From: Octopus sinensis
Taxonomy: Eukaryota
Direction: 5' to 3'
DNA length: 64,000 bases
Assembly: GCF_006345805.1 (NCBI RefSeq)
Contig: NW_021833446.1
Span: 1 to 64,000 of the forward strand
The translations under genes and the position numbers were made by a program. The number at the start of each line of letters is the position of its first letter. Position 1 is the stretch's first letter. The notes under the pieces were generated by a model. It saw nothing but the letters and a program-made list of their open reading frames with translations. It did not search any database and was not told the origin of the DNA. Below, piece after piece: positions 49,360 through 63,109 of the stretch.

Positions 49360-49578
49360 CATAAGGTCCGGTTTCCTGGTTTCCCGGCGTATACATACCC
49401 CACCTGGATGGGACGCCGATCCGTCGGTGGATTGCTCATTTTTGCCCGCTGAGCGGACTGGAGTAACGTGTAATGAAGTGTTTTTGTTCAAGAACACAAC
49501 GCGTCGCCCTGTCCAAGAATCGAAACCACAATCTTACGATAATGAATCCAACATCCTAACCACTAAACCACGCGCCTC
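49360..49578 (-). mobile_element. SINE family C with tail type 1
   Basis: Head ggaggcgcgtgg...gtttcgattc, ttcttgaacaaaaacactt box; tail ggtccggtttcc...gggacgccgatccgtcg shared with 1917-2230. Confidence 0.75.
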
Positions 49579-50138
49579 CTGTGTGGATGTGTGCATATGT
49601 CTGGCCCAGGAGATCCACATGGGATGGGGGACCTTGGAGCATTTTACATGTTTTTCATATTCATGATGGGAAACTCACATGACTGCATGTATGCACATGT
49701 ATATGTGTGTGTGTGTATGTGTGAGTGTATGTGTGTGTGTGTGCGTGTGCGTGTGTGTGTGTGTGTGTGGGTATTCTGATGCTAATTTGACAATAATGTT
49801 TATTTCACCGAATAAATTTATAATTTTATTTGGTCACTGTGATTCGAACCTAATTCTAAATCTGGTTTAATTTGAAACCCAGTTCATCACTAACCAATCA
49901 GTTTCGTTTTCTTCGGTAACTGAATAATTGAATTCCATTACAAAATATCAACTGGAATCGGACTTCAGTTTCGTTAGAAAAAAGAAAAAAAGCAGCAAAA
50001 GGTTTATTTCTAACGATTTTAATCTAATTCTTAAAATTTTTTACGAGATTTTGAAATGTTTAAATCGAGAAAAAGTTCGGATTTGGAAATTTTCGTTGTT
50101 GTTGTTGTTGTTGCTATTGTTGTTGTTGTTGTTGTTGC

Positions 50139-50175
<37 letters not shown>

Positions 50176-51167
50176 CTTCTTCTTCTCCTCCTCCTCCTCC
50201 TCTTCCCCCTCCTCCTCTTCCCCCTCCGCCTCTTCCCCCTCCTCCCCTCCTCCCCTTCTTCTTCTTCTTCTTCTTCTTCTTCTTCTTTTTCTTCTTCTTC
50301 TTCTTCTTCTTTCTTCTTCTTCTTCTTCTTCTTCTTCTTCTTCTTCTTCTTCTTCTTCTTCTTTATTTCGCTATTTCAATGCCCGAAGTCTCGTAAATTC
50401 CGCACGGCAGAACGTTTTTAGTTATTCATTATAAAATTATGAAAATATCAACATAAAATTCACACGCACACACACACACAACCAACAAAAATAAGCCAAA
50501 ATAAACGTATATATAACTAAAATATATCCCGTTTTCCCATATTACAAAAATATAAAAAGAAGCAAACTAAAATATAAAACAAATAAAACAAACAAAGAAC
50601 TCTCCAATACAAATGAAACAAAACCACTAAAATAGAATCAAGACTTTTCTTCCTAGATATTAAACAGAATTATGCATATTTTTCCTTAAAACTCTTCTTC
50701 AGTTCGGAAATATTTTAAAGCGACATTTCAACAGATGTTATTTATAAATGGTAACCTTTTATAAATTAAAGAATGCTGAATAAATGATGAGAAGACGGAT
50801 GTAATTTTTCTTCCTTTTTATTTGCTGCGGCATTAATGTCACAGCTTTACTGACTATCAACGTTTGTATGTTGTTGCTTGAAGGCGAGGAAGGCGGAACA
50901 TTGTAAGTCCCTCGTAAATATATGGAGGAGCCATTTTGCTTTTTGCTGTGTTTTCCATTTGGGTGTTTATAGATGTTTCATTTTTATTTTAAAAATATCT
51001 TTCGTTTCTCGCCTGAAGACACTGACATTTTTCTCTAGACGAACAAATATCGGAGCGAAGAAGATTCATTAGCATTCCTTCTCTTCTCTCCCTCCTCTAC
51101 ACCATTTTTATATCAGGATTTATACATACATATTTGAAAACAAAAATATATATGAACATACACACAT

Positions 51168-51200
<33 letters not shown>

Positions 51201-51293
51201 AGACACACTTCCGTATATATGCAGTGCCGCAGTCCAATGACTGAAAACAAGTAAAATAGTGAAAAGTAGTAACAATATATAAGTATATATATG

Positions 51294-51342
<49 letters not shown>

Positions 51343-51393
51343 GTATATGTATATATATATATATAAATCTATATAAGTTTATATCTATATCTA

Positions 51394-51462
<69 letters not shown>

Positions 51463-51567
51463 CTATCATCTATCTATCTATCTATCATCTATATATATAA
51501 GCTTACGTATATATATAAATATATATAAGTATTATATATATGTAAGTATATATATAAATATATATAA

Positions 51568-51663
<96 letters not shown>

Positions 51664-52122
51664 GAGAGAGAGAGAGAGAGGAGAGATTTATATGTATATA
51701 TTATGCATGTATAAATTTACTATATTCATTAGAATCTAAGCATATCAACAAGTAGGGCGCCATTACTGGTTGGGTATCGTAACATTAAGTTACCTGTAAG
51801 GTAATACAACTATTAAATGTCATTTTCTGGTAGTATACTCTAGGTATATATATACACACACACACATACATACACACATATATATATGTATATACATGTA
51901 TATATATACATATATACATAGATGCACACATATATATGTATATATATATAGAAAATATGAAGGCCGACCTAAGCCAGGAGAGCCAACGCGCTATCAGCAA
52001 CCACCTATGCAAATCACAAGGACCACACACCCACTACCAACAAGAAAATCATACACACACAGCTCCATACAAGAACTACCCACATTGTTACCACTGAACA
52101 ACATAAAACATAACTTGGAACA

Positions 52123-55100
52123 ATGCTAACATCAAACTTCCCTTACCTCGACATTCCTGTTAAATGTACGTAGCATCAACCCATCAATTATTGCCCAAAA
52201 ATGGAAGATCCCATATATATAGAGTTGGCTTGCCGAAACGGCACATTGCTTCCCTTTCTTTATCCTTACCGAGACTCACCTGAACAGCACCCATATGGAC
52301 GCCGAGGTGAAAATAAAAGATTTCACCATTGTTCGTGCAGATCAATAAGGGAGGGACAGCCATCTTTATCCATGACTCCTTTTCATTTGATGCCAAGGAC
52401 ATATTTTCCAATGGCTACTGTGAATCTGTGTCACTATTCAGCAAGGCCAAGGACATAATCATTGTTGGTCTTTACAGGCCTCCCCAAGCACCTCTAAAGT
52501 GCTTTGAAGAGTGCCTTAGCAATGTCAAGTCCTTCCTTCGGAAGTACAACTCCGGAAACATACTAGTGATGGGTGATTTCAACCTCCCTCATGTGAACTG
52601 GCCCACAAATACTCTGAAGTTAGGCAAATGTTCTACATCAGATAGAGCAGCAGCAGAACTGCTCTTTAATCTAATGGATGAATACTTCCTGACTCAGCTA
52701 GTGCTCGAACCAACGAGACAGAATAAAACGATCTTGGGTCTGGTATTGACCAATCACTCTAGCTTCGTTCACAGTATTTCAGTTGAAAAAACTCTCCTCT
52801 CAGACCACGACATGGTACTCTGCAATTTTAATTCCCGACATATAAAAACCAAACCAGCCAATCCCACTCCATGGCACCCATTTGACAACATAAACTTCCA
52901 CAAAGCGGACTGGGGAGCAATCAGAAAGGATCTGTCTTTCATCGACTGGTCTTTTACTCTCAATTCCACCCATATTGAGACCGCATGGCAGCACTTTGAA
53001 AAGATTGTCACCTATACATGCTCTAAACACACTCCCACGAAATCTACTTACACAAACAGAAACCGGCTCCCTAAAAAGAAAAAAAAACACTCATCAGGCG
53101 AATCAAAAGACTCAACAAAAAAAAAATCAACCAATTAAAATATTCCCACATACAACATCCACATTCAACAACAATGAAAAGGCTAGAGCTGGAAAAACTT
53201 CATCTGCAGACCGACATGAAAACCTCCATTGAAAATCAAAGAACAGTGGGTAATCAAAAACATCAAACAGAACCCAAAAGTGTTCTATTCTTATGCAAAT
53301 AAGCATAGAACCACTGTCTCACCCATTGGGCCATTGATTGATGATAACGGCATTCCCCAACACGATGCTAAAGAAATGGCAGACATACTGCAGAAACAAT
53401 ACTGCTCTGTCTTTAGTGTTCCCACTGATATTGACGTAAGAGAAGCGAACGAAGTTGACTCCCAACATAAAATCTCAGACATAACCTTCACTGCCACTGA
53501 CATCATAGCAGCAATAAATGAGGTCAAATACTACTCTGCTGTAGGACCTAATAGATTCCCCGCTAGTCTCCTGAAGGAATGTAGACACCAACTTGCAGTC
53601 CCTCTGACTAACTTCTGGAGAAATTCGTTAGACGCAGGTTATATACCGAAACAGTTTCTATCCCAGTCAGTCATCCCGGTTTTCAAACAGGGAAACAGAT
53701 CCCTCGCAGTCAACTATCGCCCAATCTCACTCACCTCCCACATCATTAAAGTGTTTGAAAGAGTGTTAAGATCAAGGATAGCTGACTTCCTGGAGACCCA
53801 CAAACTTCTAAATGCAAATCAGCATGGCTTTCGCTGTGGCAGGGACTGTCTGATACAGCTCTTACACCACATTGAAGATGTACTCAAAGCCTTGGGAACA
53901 GGTTCGAACTCTGATGTCATATATCTTGACTTCAGTAAAGCGTTCGACAGGGTAGACCATAATATCCTACTCTCAAAATTGGAAAATGTTGGAATCCGTG
54001 GAAAAGTTCTACACTGGATACAGTATTTCCTGGCGAATAGAACACAACATGTTGTAGTTGATGGAGTCCACTCAAGCCCAGCAAAAGTCACCAGCAGTGT
54101 ACCCCAGGGGACTGTCTTGGGTCCGCTACTCTTCATAATTTACATAAATGACCTTTCCAGTGTCGTACATTACTGCAAAGTGAAAATATTTGCTGATGAC
54201 ACTAAGCTCCAGCAAATCGTCAATGAAGAAGCAGACCGAACTCAACTCCAGTCTGATCTATATGCTGTGAGTCAATGGGCAGACAGAAACAAAATGCAAC
54301 TGAACGAGGGAAAATTTGAGCTGATGCATTTTGGAAGAAATTCCTCACTAAAACAGCCATACTCTCTTCCTTCAGGGGAACCGCTCACAGCCTCTAACAA
54401 TATCAGAGACCTGGGTGTAATTGTTGATGACGATCTCAGTTGGAGTGCACACATCAACAAGAATGTCGATATAGCTCGTAGGATGAGTTCCTGAATCTTA
54501 AGAACTTTCCGGTCCAGAGAACAAGGTGTCATCATACCACTTTTCTCCTCCTTTGTACGGACACACCTCGAATACTGCTGCCCACTGTGGTCTCCCCATA
54601 TAAGACAAAACATCTCGAGGATTGAATCAACCCAGAGGGCACTCACTAAACGAATTGAAGGCATGGCTGCTCTCGATTATTGGGATCGCCTTAACGCCTT
54701 GAAACTCTACTCTCTCCAGCGTCGCCGTGAGCGGTACATCATTTGTACGATGTGGAGAATATACCGCCAACTTTGCCCAAACGACCTGAACATTAGCTTC
54801 AAGGTTCATCCAAGACGTATATATATATATACGTCCCATGCCAATTCAAGATCACAGCATACATGTACACTGCAACATAATTTCTTTTCCTCAACAGGCC
54901 CTGCCCTATTTAACATTGTCCTATTTAACAGGATCCCATCAACTTTAAACGGAGTCTCTTTTACTCTTTTACTCTTTTACTTGTTTCAGTCATTTGACTG
55001 CGGCCATGCTGGAGCACCGCCTTTAATCGAGCAACTCGACCCCGGGACTTATTCTTTTGTAAGCCCAGTACTTATTATATCGGTTTCTTTTGCCGAACCG

Positions 55101-55459
55101 CTAGGTAACGGGGACATAAACACACCAGCATCGGTTGTCATGCAATGCTAGGGGGACAAACACAGACACACAAACACACACACGCATATATATACATATA
55201 TACGACGGGCTTCTTTCAGTTTCCGTCTATCAAATCCACTCACAAGGCTTTGGTCGGCCCGAGGCTATAGTAGAAGACACTTGCCCAAGGTGCCACGCAG
55301 TGGGAATGAACCCGGGACCATGTGGTTGGTAAACAAGCTACTTACCACACAGCCACTCTGGATAGATTCTTTCAAGGAATACCAGATGAGCCACCCATAA
55401 TTGGATACAACTCACCCAACAAAAACTCACTACTTGAATGGACCATAAACAAAACTTGA
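52123..55459 (+). pseudogene. CR1 ORF2 (APE + RT), disrupted
   Basis: LNVRS, LTETHL, GGTAIF, GLYRPP, MGDFNLP, SDHDMV, NYRPISLTS, QHGFR, LDFSKAFDRVDH, VPQGTVLGP, FADD (54189-54200), LEYCCPLWSP, LDRFFQGIPDEP. TGA at 54492, frameshifts, SINE insertion. Confidence 0.9.
54956..55357 (-). mobile_element. SINE family A, full length, nested antisense in CR1 ORF2
   Basis: Complete A head and tail; CR1 coding sequence resumes at 55358. Confidence 0.9.
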
Positions 55460-55555
55460 CTTAAACAGGATTCAAATAATCCTATCAGGTGGTGCTATTA
55501 AGTTAGACATGGCCTGGACCAATCTTTGATCGAAACATATCTAAGATTATCTAAG

Positions 55556-55593
<38 letters not shown>

Positions 55594-55630
55594 GATATAT
55601 TATAATTATATATATATATGTATGTATATC

Positions 55631-55662
<32 letters not shown>

Positions 55663-55745
55663 TATGTATATCTATATATATTATATATAAGTATATATAT
55701 ATATAATATATTATATAATATATATATATTATATATATGTAGCTA

Positions 55746-55782
<37 letters not shown>

Positions 55783-55784
55783 TT

Positions 55785-55840
<56 letters not shown>

Positions 55841-55933
55841 ATATATATATACATGTATACACACACACACTCACACACACACACACACACACACACACCT
55901 ATATATATATATATAATATGTATGTGTATATAT

Positions 55934-55996
<63 letters not shown>

Positions 55997-56261
55997 TATA
56001 TATTTACACACATATTGGACCGCTGAACTCTAAAAGTTGTTTTCATTCTCTCTGTTTATTTTCTCCCTGTATATAATTATATAATATATAATATATATAT
56101 ATATATATATATTATAATGCGTACCAAATATAAAGCGTAGAACCAGGATTGATTTCAGGTGTGGACTAAGTATAAAATAAGAACGCAAGTAGCGTTTAAA
56201 ATTTACTATAGCTGATTAAGTAAAATGCTACCGATACAACAGTAGTAAATTTTAAACCTGA

Positions 56262-56314
<53 letters not shown>

Positions 56315-57004
56315 ATAGACATATATATGTATGTATGTGTATATATATATATGCTTATACAAATAGAGGGAGAGAGAGAAACAGAGGGAGAGAGAGAGAG
56401 AGGGAGAGAGAGGAAGAGAGATGGTAAAGTAAATAAATTCCGTTAGGCTTAAGAAGTATTTACCTAGAGAATAGCATACAGATTATAAAACAAAGGAAAA
56501 TGCATTTGTCACTCTACCCTTAAGAGGGGATGCCTAAATTATTTTTAGTAATTTCATCAGGATTCGTTGATGGTCGCACGCGTGTGACATGCACGTAAGA
56601 CTTGAACGCATGGTTATTATATAAGTTATGGCGATCTTGAAACTGTTGTCGAGATAAGACTTTACATAAGTGTTTTTTTGTGGCCCAAATAAATATTCAT
56701 CTCAAGGTTTGTGTGGGTATATATATATATATATATGCACACACATACACACATACACACATACACACATATATGGAGAACTCTCTCGTCTTGAACGACA
56801 AATGAATGTTTAGTCAAATAAAGTGATTATCATATTTTATGAACACGAATACATCTCTTGTGGCCTGCTGGAGCCTTACAAACCCACAATTTGCTCGAGT
56901 GCTTGTGGATCATTATATAATATATATATATATAATATCTATATATACATACTACATGTATATATATATACACGCACATATATATGTGTGTGTATGTGTG
57001 TACG

Positions 57005-57098
<94 letters not shown>

Positions 57099-58249
57099 CT
57101 CATGAACATTACCGTGGGCGGGTTATGTGTCTGCTCATGCATTTATGTGTATTTTCCATCTATAATTGTAAGAAAAATTATTCAAAAGCTATAGAGATTT
57201 TTATAGTGGTATTCGTATTAGTATTAGTGTTAGTTATAATAATAATAATAATAATAATAATATAATAATAATAATAATATAATAATAATGATAAAAGAAA
57301 ATGATAATAATTTCAATTTAAACCTGGCTTTCTTCATTGCTGTTAATACGAGGTTCGCGTTATTGCTTTCGATATGTTTACACAAGTAATGAATGTTTGT
57401 TCAACGCGAGAATTGTAAATACTATCATCTAAAAGTTAAATTTATATATTTTGCATTTAAAGTTTTACAAGATTTTTGAAAGAAATTTCTGCAAGAAAAG
57501 ATATCGAAAAATATTAGCAAAGTGATAGGAGACCACCATACCATATGCAAATTGAGAATGTGACATAGAGAATGGGGAAGTAATGTGATACAGAAGGAGA
57601 TAAATCGAAGGAACTGATAGATAAAGAAAAAGAGAACTGCATCTAACTTATAAACGCGTGGATAAAGTAAGATTCATGGAGAAACATAGTGCTTATTAGA
57701 GGGGAGTGTGAATGTGAAATAGAATGGCTAAAGTTGACTGAACATAGAAAAGAAATCAGAGTCTAGGTGAAGATCAATATATTTATCTTCATATCACGTT
57801 GAATAATAAGAAAGATGGTACTTATATTAGGAAATATTGCGAAAGATAAATAAAGGATAAATTAATTAGAGAAGTATGAATAATGAATACTACTCACTAA
57901 TGATGTAGTAACTGATTGCCATATTACTTTTATTTAATTTATTTTCAATTATCTGAAAATTTAAATCAAATGTTCAAGGTTTAATTTTGTGGCGTTGAAG
58001 CCCAGATTTACAAGTGACGAATATGGTTTGGGTTAATTAACTTTCATTTATGTGAATTTGAGATATAAATAAAAGAAAATCAGTCGTGTCGAAAAGCAAT
58101 CCGAGAAACTCAAAATACCGATGGCAAAATTTTCCGTCTTATAGGGTGTTAATACATACATCCACCCCACAACCCTAGCAATAAATTTTATATATCATTA
58201 ACACCGAAGGGGAACTTTCGCTCAAATAAACATATATCGTATATAAAAT

Positions 58250-58470
58250 AATCCTTTCTACTAAAGGCACAAGGCCTGAAATTCTTGGGGGAGGGGGACT
58301 AGTTAATTACATCGACCCCAGTGCTCAACTGATACTTATTTCAACGACACCGGAAAGATAAAAGGCGAAGTCAACCTCGGTGGAATTTGAACTCAGAACG
58401 TAAAGACGGACGAAATGCGACTTAACATTGTGTCCAGGGTGCTAACGATTCTGCCAGCTCGCCGCTTTAT
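58250..58470 (-). mobile_element. SINE family B, tail B1
   Basis: aatcctttctactaaaggcacaaggcc...ctgccagctcgccgc. Confidence 0.85.
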
Positions 58471-58652
58471 ATTGTATATATTATATATATATGATAAAAT
58501 GTGTGTTAAATAAAAACATTCCGCCTGGTAACGATGTTCGAACTCAGTCCACGAGACGGCCATGGAGTAACGGTCCATCGTCTTAACTACTTACTTGTCT
58601 CAAACGTTTGGAATATTTATAATATATACTATATGCTTACATACTATATATA

Positions 58653-59024
58653 TCTTTATATATAAAAGTGAAGTTGTGTGTCTGTCTCCTACGATTTAGA
58701 TTCCTAACTACTCTCACATTTTGCGGTGCAGTTTAACCAAAACCGGGTATCTTATGGTCTGGGTATTAGCGCGCGTCTACGATGAGTCTACGATTTTTAA
58801 AAAAATTACCATCAATTTTTCCCATTTTTAATGCATTTTTGGCATATATAAGGGAAGTAACTCTCTAAAAATTTATTATTAAATCTCAGAACGTAAAAGG
58901 CTACAGTAACATCCCCCCCTTTGTGGTTAGCCATATTGAGATGGTTATTATACTTCACATCTCTAAAAATGCTTATATAGTTATTCCCCTTACAAACCCG
59001 AGCAACGCCGGGCGATACTGCTAG
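58653..59024 (+). mobile_element. Non-autonomous Helitron-like element
   Basis: A|TC start; hairpin cccgagcaacgccggg (58997-59012); CTAG|T end; homologous to 29583-29980 with a small internal deletion. Confidence 0.8.
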
Positions 59025-59274
59025 TATAACATATAATGTATGCAAATATGTTATATATCTGTAATACATATTATATGCATGACATTTGGCGTGGCTCTGT
59101 GATAAAATGCTTACTTCACAACTTCATGATTTTGAGTTCAATCCCAAATGTTTTCAACTACAGACCTTGGTAGACGAAAACTAAAGGAAGCCCCTCATAT
59201 ATGTATCTGCATATATCTATCTGTCATAACAATAATTATGACAACGATAACAACAACAACAACAACAATGATAA

Positions 59275-60480
59275 GAATCCTTTCTACTGAAGGCACAAGG
59301 CTTGAAATTTGGGGAAGGAGACTTGTCGATTACATCGACTCCAGTCTTTCGCCGGCTCTCAATTTATCGATCCGGAGGGGGAAAAGCAAAGTCGACCTCG
59401 GCAGAATTTGAACTCAGAACGTAGCGACGAGCGAAATGTCGCTAAACATTTCCTCCAGCGTGCTAACGATTCTGCCAGCTCATTGCTTTATTCATCATAA
59501 TGATGATAATTTCCTTTATTGGCCACAAGGGGCCAAGACATGAAAGACAATATTAAAGGACGGTACTCATTTTATCGACTTCCAACGCCAAAAAGCATAG
59601 TCGACCTTGCCGGAATATGAACTCGGGACGTAAAACAATATTAACAATAACAATGGTTTCAAATTTTGCCACAAGGACAGCAAGTTTGGGGGAGGGAATG
59701 AATCGATTACATCGACTCCAGTCTTCAACTGGTACTCATTTTATCGACCCCGGAAGAAGGAAAGGTAAAGCCGACCTAGGCGGAATTTAAACTCAGAACG
59801 TTAAGACGGGCAAAATACGCAAGTATTTCGTCCAGCGTGTTAACGATTCTGTCAGTTCGTCGCCTTGACAACATTAATAATAATGATGATAATTTCCTTT
59901 ATTGACCACAAGGGCCCAAAACTTGAAAAACTATATCAAAGGATGGTGCACATTTTATCGGCTACGAATGATAAAAGGCAAGGTCGACCTTGGCGGAATT
60001 TGAACTCGGAACGTAAAGCAATATTCTTTTCTACTTAAGCACAATGCCCGAAATTTTGGGGGAAGAGCCAGTCGATTAGATCGACCCCGGTACGCAACTG
60101 ATACTTAATTTATCGACCCCGAAAGGACTAAGGCAAAGTCGACCTTGGCGGTATTTGAACTCGGAACGTAAAGCAATAATAATAATGATTGCAAGTGTGT
60201 TGAAAATAAATTTACGTATCTTGATATTGATTATCACTGCTTCGTGTTCGCCTAAACGAAAATAATAAGAGTTCTTTCTAATTTTGGCACAAGGCCAGCA
60301 ATTTCGGGGAGAGTGGGTCAGTCAGTTATACCGACCCCATTATTTGACCGGTACGCTATTTCATCAACCTCGAAAGGAAGAAACGCAAAGTTGGCGATGG
60401 CGGAATTTGAACTCAGAGCGTATAGGGTCGGGACAAATTCTCTATGGTTATTTCTAACAATTCTCTAAGGAGAATTGTTG
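59275..60480 (-). mobile_element. Cluster of six tandem SINE family B units with mixed tails
   Basis: The gtcgacc..ggcggaatttgaactc core repeats six times; tails B1, B3, B4, B3, B1-like, B4. Confidence 0.85.
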
Positions 60481-61286
60481 CCAATTCACCACGCTATGTT
60501 TAACGAGGTTTGCACCATTGATTTAACAGAGAGGGAACAGCTGAAAGGAGCAACATGAAGCTATCAAATACACGCACACACACAAACACACATAACAACA
60601 CACACACACACACACACAAACAGACATAACAACACACACACACACACACAAACTCAAATACAAACACATATACACACACACAAACACGCACATACACGCA
60701 CTCTTTCATAGCATTACATAACGTTAGGAAAGATAATATTATATTTTGATAAGCAACATTATATTATTTTATGAATCTCTTTGTATACTTTATGAAGTAT
60801 AATGTATTTTATACATAATATTTAAAACTGTAACGTTTTCCCTATTTCTCTTAAATCAATTCACATATTCCTCTTACCTAATAATTATCTAAATTCCAGA
60901 TTAAAGTCCAAAATATTCAAGTTTTACACATTTTCCTTTCATTTCGTCGCATAGTTTCATTGTTACTTTTCATTAAACACCTCCTTAATTTTAACATACA
61001 CAAAATTGCTCTCAGTGGCAAATAATAATTTTGCCACACATACACGTTCACAGACATAAACATGCGCGTTTGGTATTGATTTGCTGCTGCTCTATCAAAG
61101 ACAATACCATTTCCAGATATTATATATTCCATTCCCTGTGTTACCTTCTATCGCCTGGAAATTACGAAGCACAATTCTACCAAATGTACAGATTTCTACA
61201 CTGTCATTAATACCTAGCTGTCCGGATGTTTTGCGTTCTTGTCCCATTTTGTATTATATATATATATATATATATATGTATACGTG

Positions 61287-61379
<93 letters not shown>

Positions 61380-61388
61380 GAAGGAATG

Positions 61389-61458
<70 letters not shown>

Positions 61459-61551
61459 CATTATTGGTAAAACGGTAAGCTAACAAAAGAAAGAACGATA
61501 CCTCAATATTATGTAAATAGAAGAAATTTATCTGTAAAATAATATGTGACA

Positions 61552-61623
61552 ATTATTCGGTAGCCAGATAACTGCCACCTCGGCATCCGAAACTCAGAGT
61601 TTTATCTTGGCTACCGAATAAAT
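61552..61623 (+). other. Hairpin that looks like a hammerhead with its catalytic core deleted
   Basis: About 20 bp stem attattcggtagccagataa/ttatcttggctaccgaataaat enclosing CTG-ccacctcggcatcc-GAAA-CTCAGAG-TT. Confidence 0.5.
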
Positions 61624-61666
<43 letters not shown>

Positions 61667-61781
61667 ATATATACACATGTCTACGTATATGTATACACAC
61701 ATGTATATGCATATGTATTTATATATACACACAGACACACATATATATATATATATATATAGTTAAGTTAACTTTTTGGCT

Positions 61782-62600
61782 TAAAAAGCAAAAAGCAAGG
61801 CCTTGTAGGGGCACATGGAGTCATGTACAGGGTGGTGTTCATGCAAAGAGTTCAGGCCATTTCTGGTCAAGAGAGACTTTGAACCGAGCGGTCGTGGCAT
61901 CTTCACTATCTCGTCCGGCAGCTTATTCCACGGATCCGCAACCCGGACGGAGGAAGCCCCTCTCCTTCGATTGAGATGAAATCGTCGCAGATAGAGCTTT
62001 TCGGAGTGACCCCGCAGCCGACGCTCTGGAGCAGGAGTGAAGAACAGCTCTTTCGAGAGGTTACACTTTTCGCTTATGATATTGTGAGCAAGAATGAGAT
62101 CACCACGGCGTCGTAGTTTTTCTAGAGAATAAAGGTCGAGCATCTTCAGCCTTTCTTCATAAGACAAATGCTTGAGACCAAGAACCATTCGGGTAGCCAG
62201 CTTCTGGACTCTTTCGAGATAATGTATGTGTTTGAGGAGATAAGGAGAAGAGGCTTGAATCCCGTACTCTAATGTGGGTCTCATCAGCGGGACATAGAGC
62301 GGTAGGAATATGGCTGCTGTGAGCATTCCGAATGACCATCGAATCAAAAACAGAACTCCGCGTGATTTGTTGGCAGCATGGACGCACTGGGCCGAAGGCG
62401 AAAAGGGAGAATCCGCCAAGATACCCAGGTCCTTTACCTGGTCGGTCCTCTCTAGCAGCAGACGACCCGGCTCGAAATCAAGTTGAGTTGCAGGAGAAGA
62501 GCCAACAGGCAGATGACAGCACTTTGACACGTTCAGGCACAGGTTAGACCATCTCCAAACTTGGTGGAGGCATCGTCGAAGATCATCTATATCACCGCGA
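61782..62600 (-). mobile_element. Second CR1-clade LINE, 3' fragment truncated at the FADD motif
   Basis: Minus strand VKLVAPRGDIDDLRRCLHQVWRWS, then a ~250-codon open frame with KDLGI, RPTLEYGIQASSP, LSYEERL, RRRGDLI, LRGHSEKL, WNKLP. Confidence 0.9.
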
Positions 62601-62699
62601 GGAGCGACTAGTTTGACATTACAGTATATATATATATATATATATAAATGTGTGTATGTGTGTATGTATGTGTGTGTGCTGTGGATGTATTTCTCAAGA

Positions 62700-62980
62700 A
62701 GTTGAGCTGAGACCCCCTTCGCTCATGACTAACCATGGGATTGCATCTAGAAAGTTACCCTCCCCTCTCCACGCCACCAGTGTTATCCAAGGGGAAGGCA
62801 AAGGGGCCGATACAGCTTGGCACCAGTGATGTCGCAACTAATTTCTACAGCTGAGTGAACTGGAGCAACGTGAAATAAAGTGTCTTGCTCACGAACACAA
62901 CACGCAGCCCGGCCTGGGATTCGAACTCACAACCTCACGACCATAAGCTCGACGATTTAACCACTGAGCCATGCGCCTTC
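62700..62980 (-). mobile_element. SINE family C with tail type 3
   Basis: Head aggcgcatggctcagtgg...gagttcgaatccc, gtgttcgtgagcaagacactt box; tail differs from 34174 and 49360. Confidence 0.8.
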
Positions 62981-63109
62981 ACAAAGAAGTATACTTGTAA
63001 TAAATAACGTTGTCACTATAACAATAATATTATGCTTTTACTATAATAATGATAAGGAGGTGATTGATCTTACGGGTTTGTTTATCCTTTACAATTATTA
63101 ACTGTACCT

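Larger units (their letters stand above)
51950..55558 (+). mobile_element. CR1-clade LINE (possible ORF1 tail, ORF2, short 3' UTR), interrupted by a SINE
   Basis: APE and RT motifs in order; 3' UTR ends tatctaag-at-tatctaag then (TA)n; 5' boundary at (TA)n. Confidence 0.9.

Noticed and set aside
55520-55545. ctttgatcgaaac in the CR1 3' UTR resembling the Tx1 UTR hairpin arm and GAAACATAT resembling a hammerhead
   Set aside because: The match is short, with no 5' hairpin arm and no CUGANGA; likely coincidence.
60917-61230. Possible host exon on the minus strand (LGINDSVEICTFGRIVLRNFQAIEG then GTAACA)
   Set aside because: No polypyrimidine acceptor and no recognisable domain.
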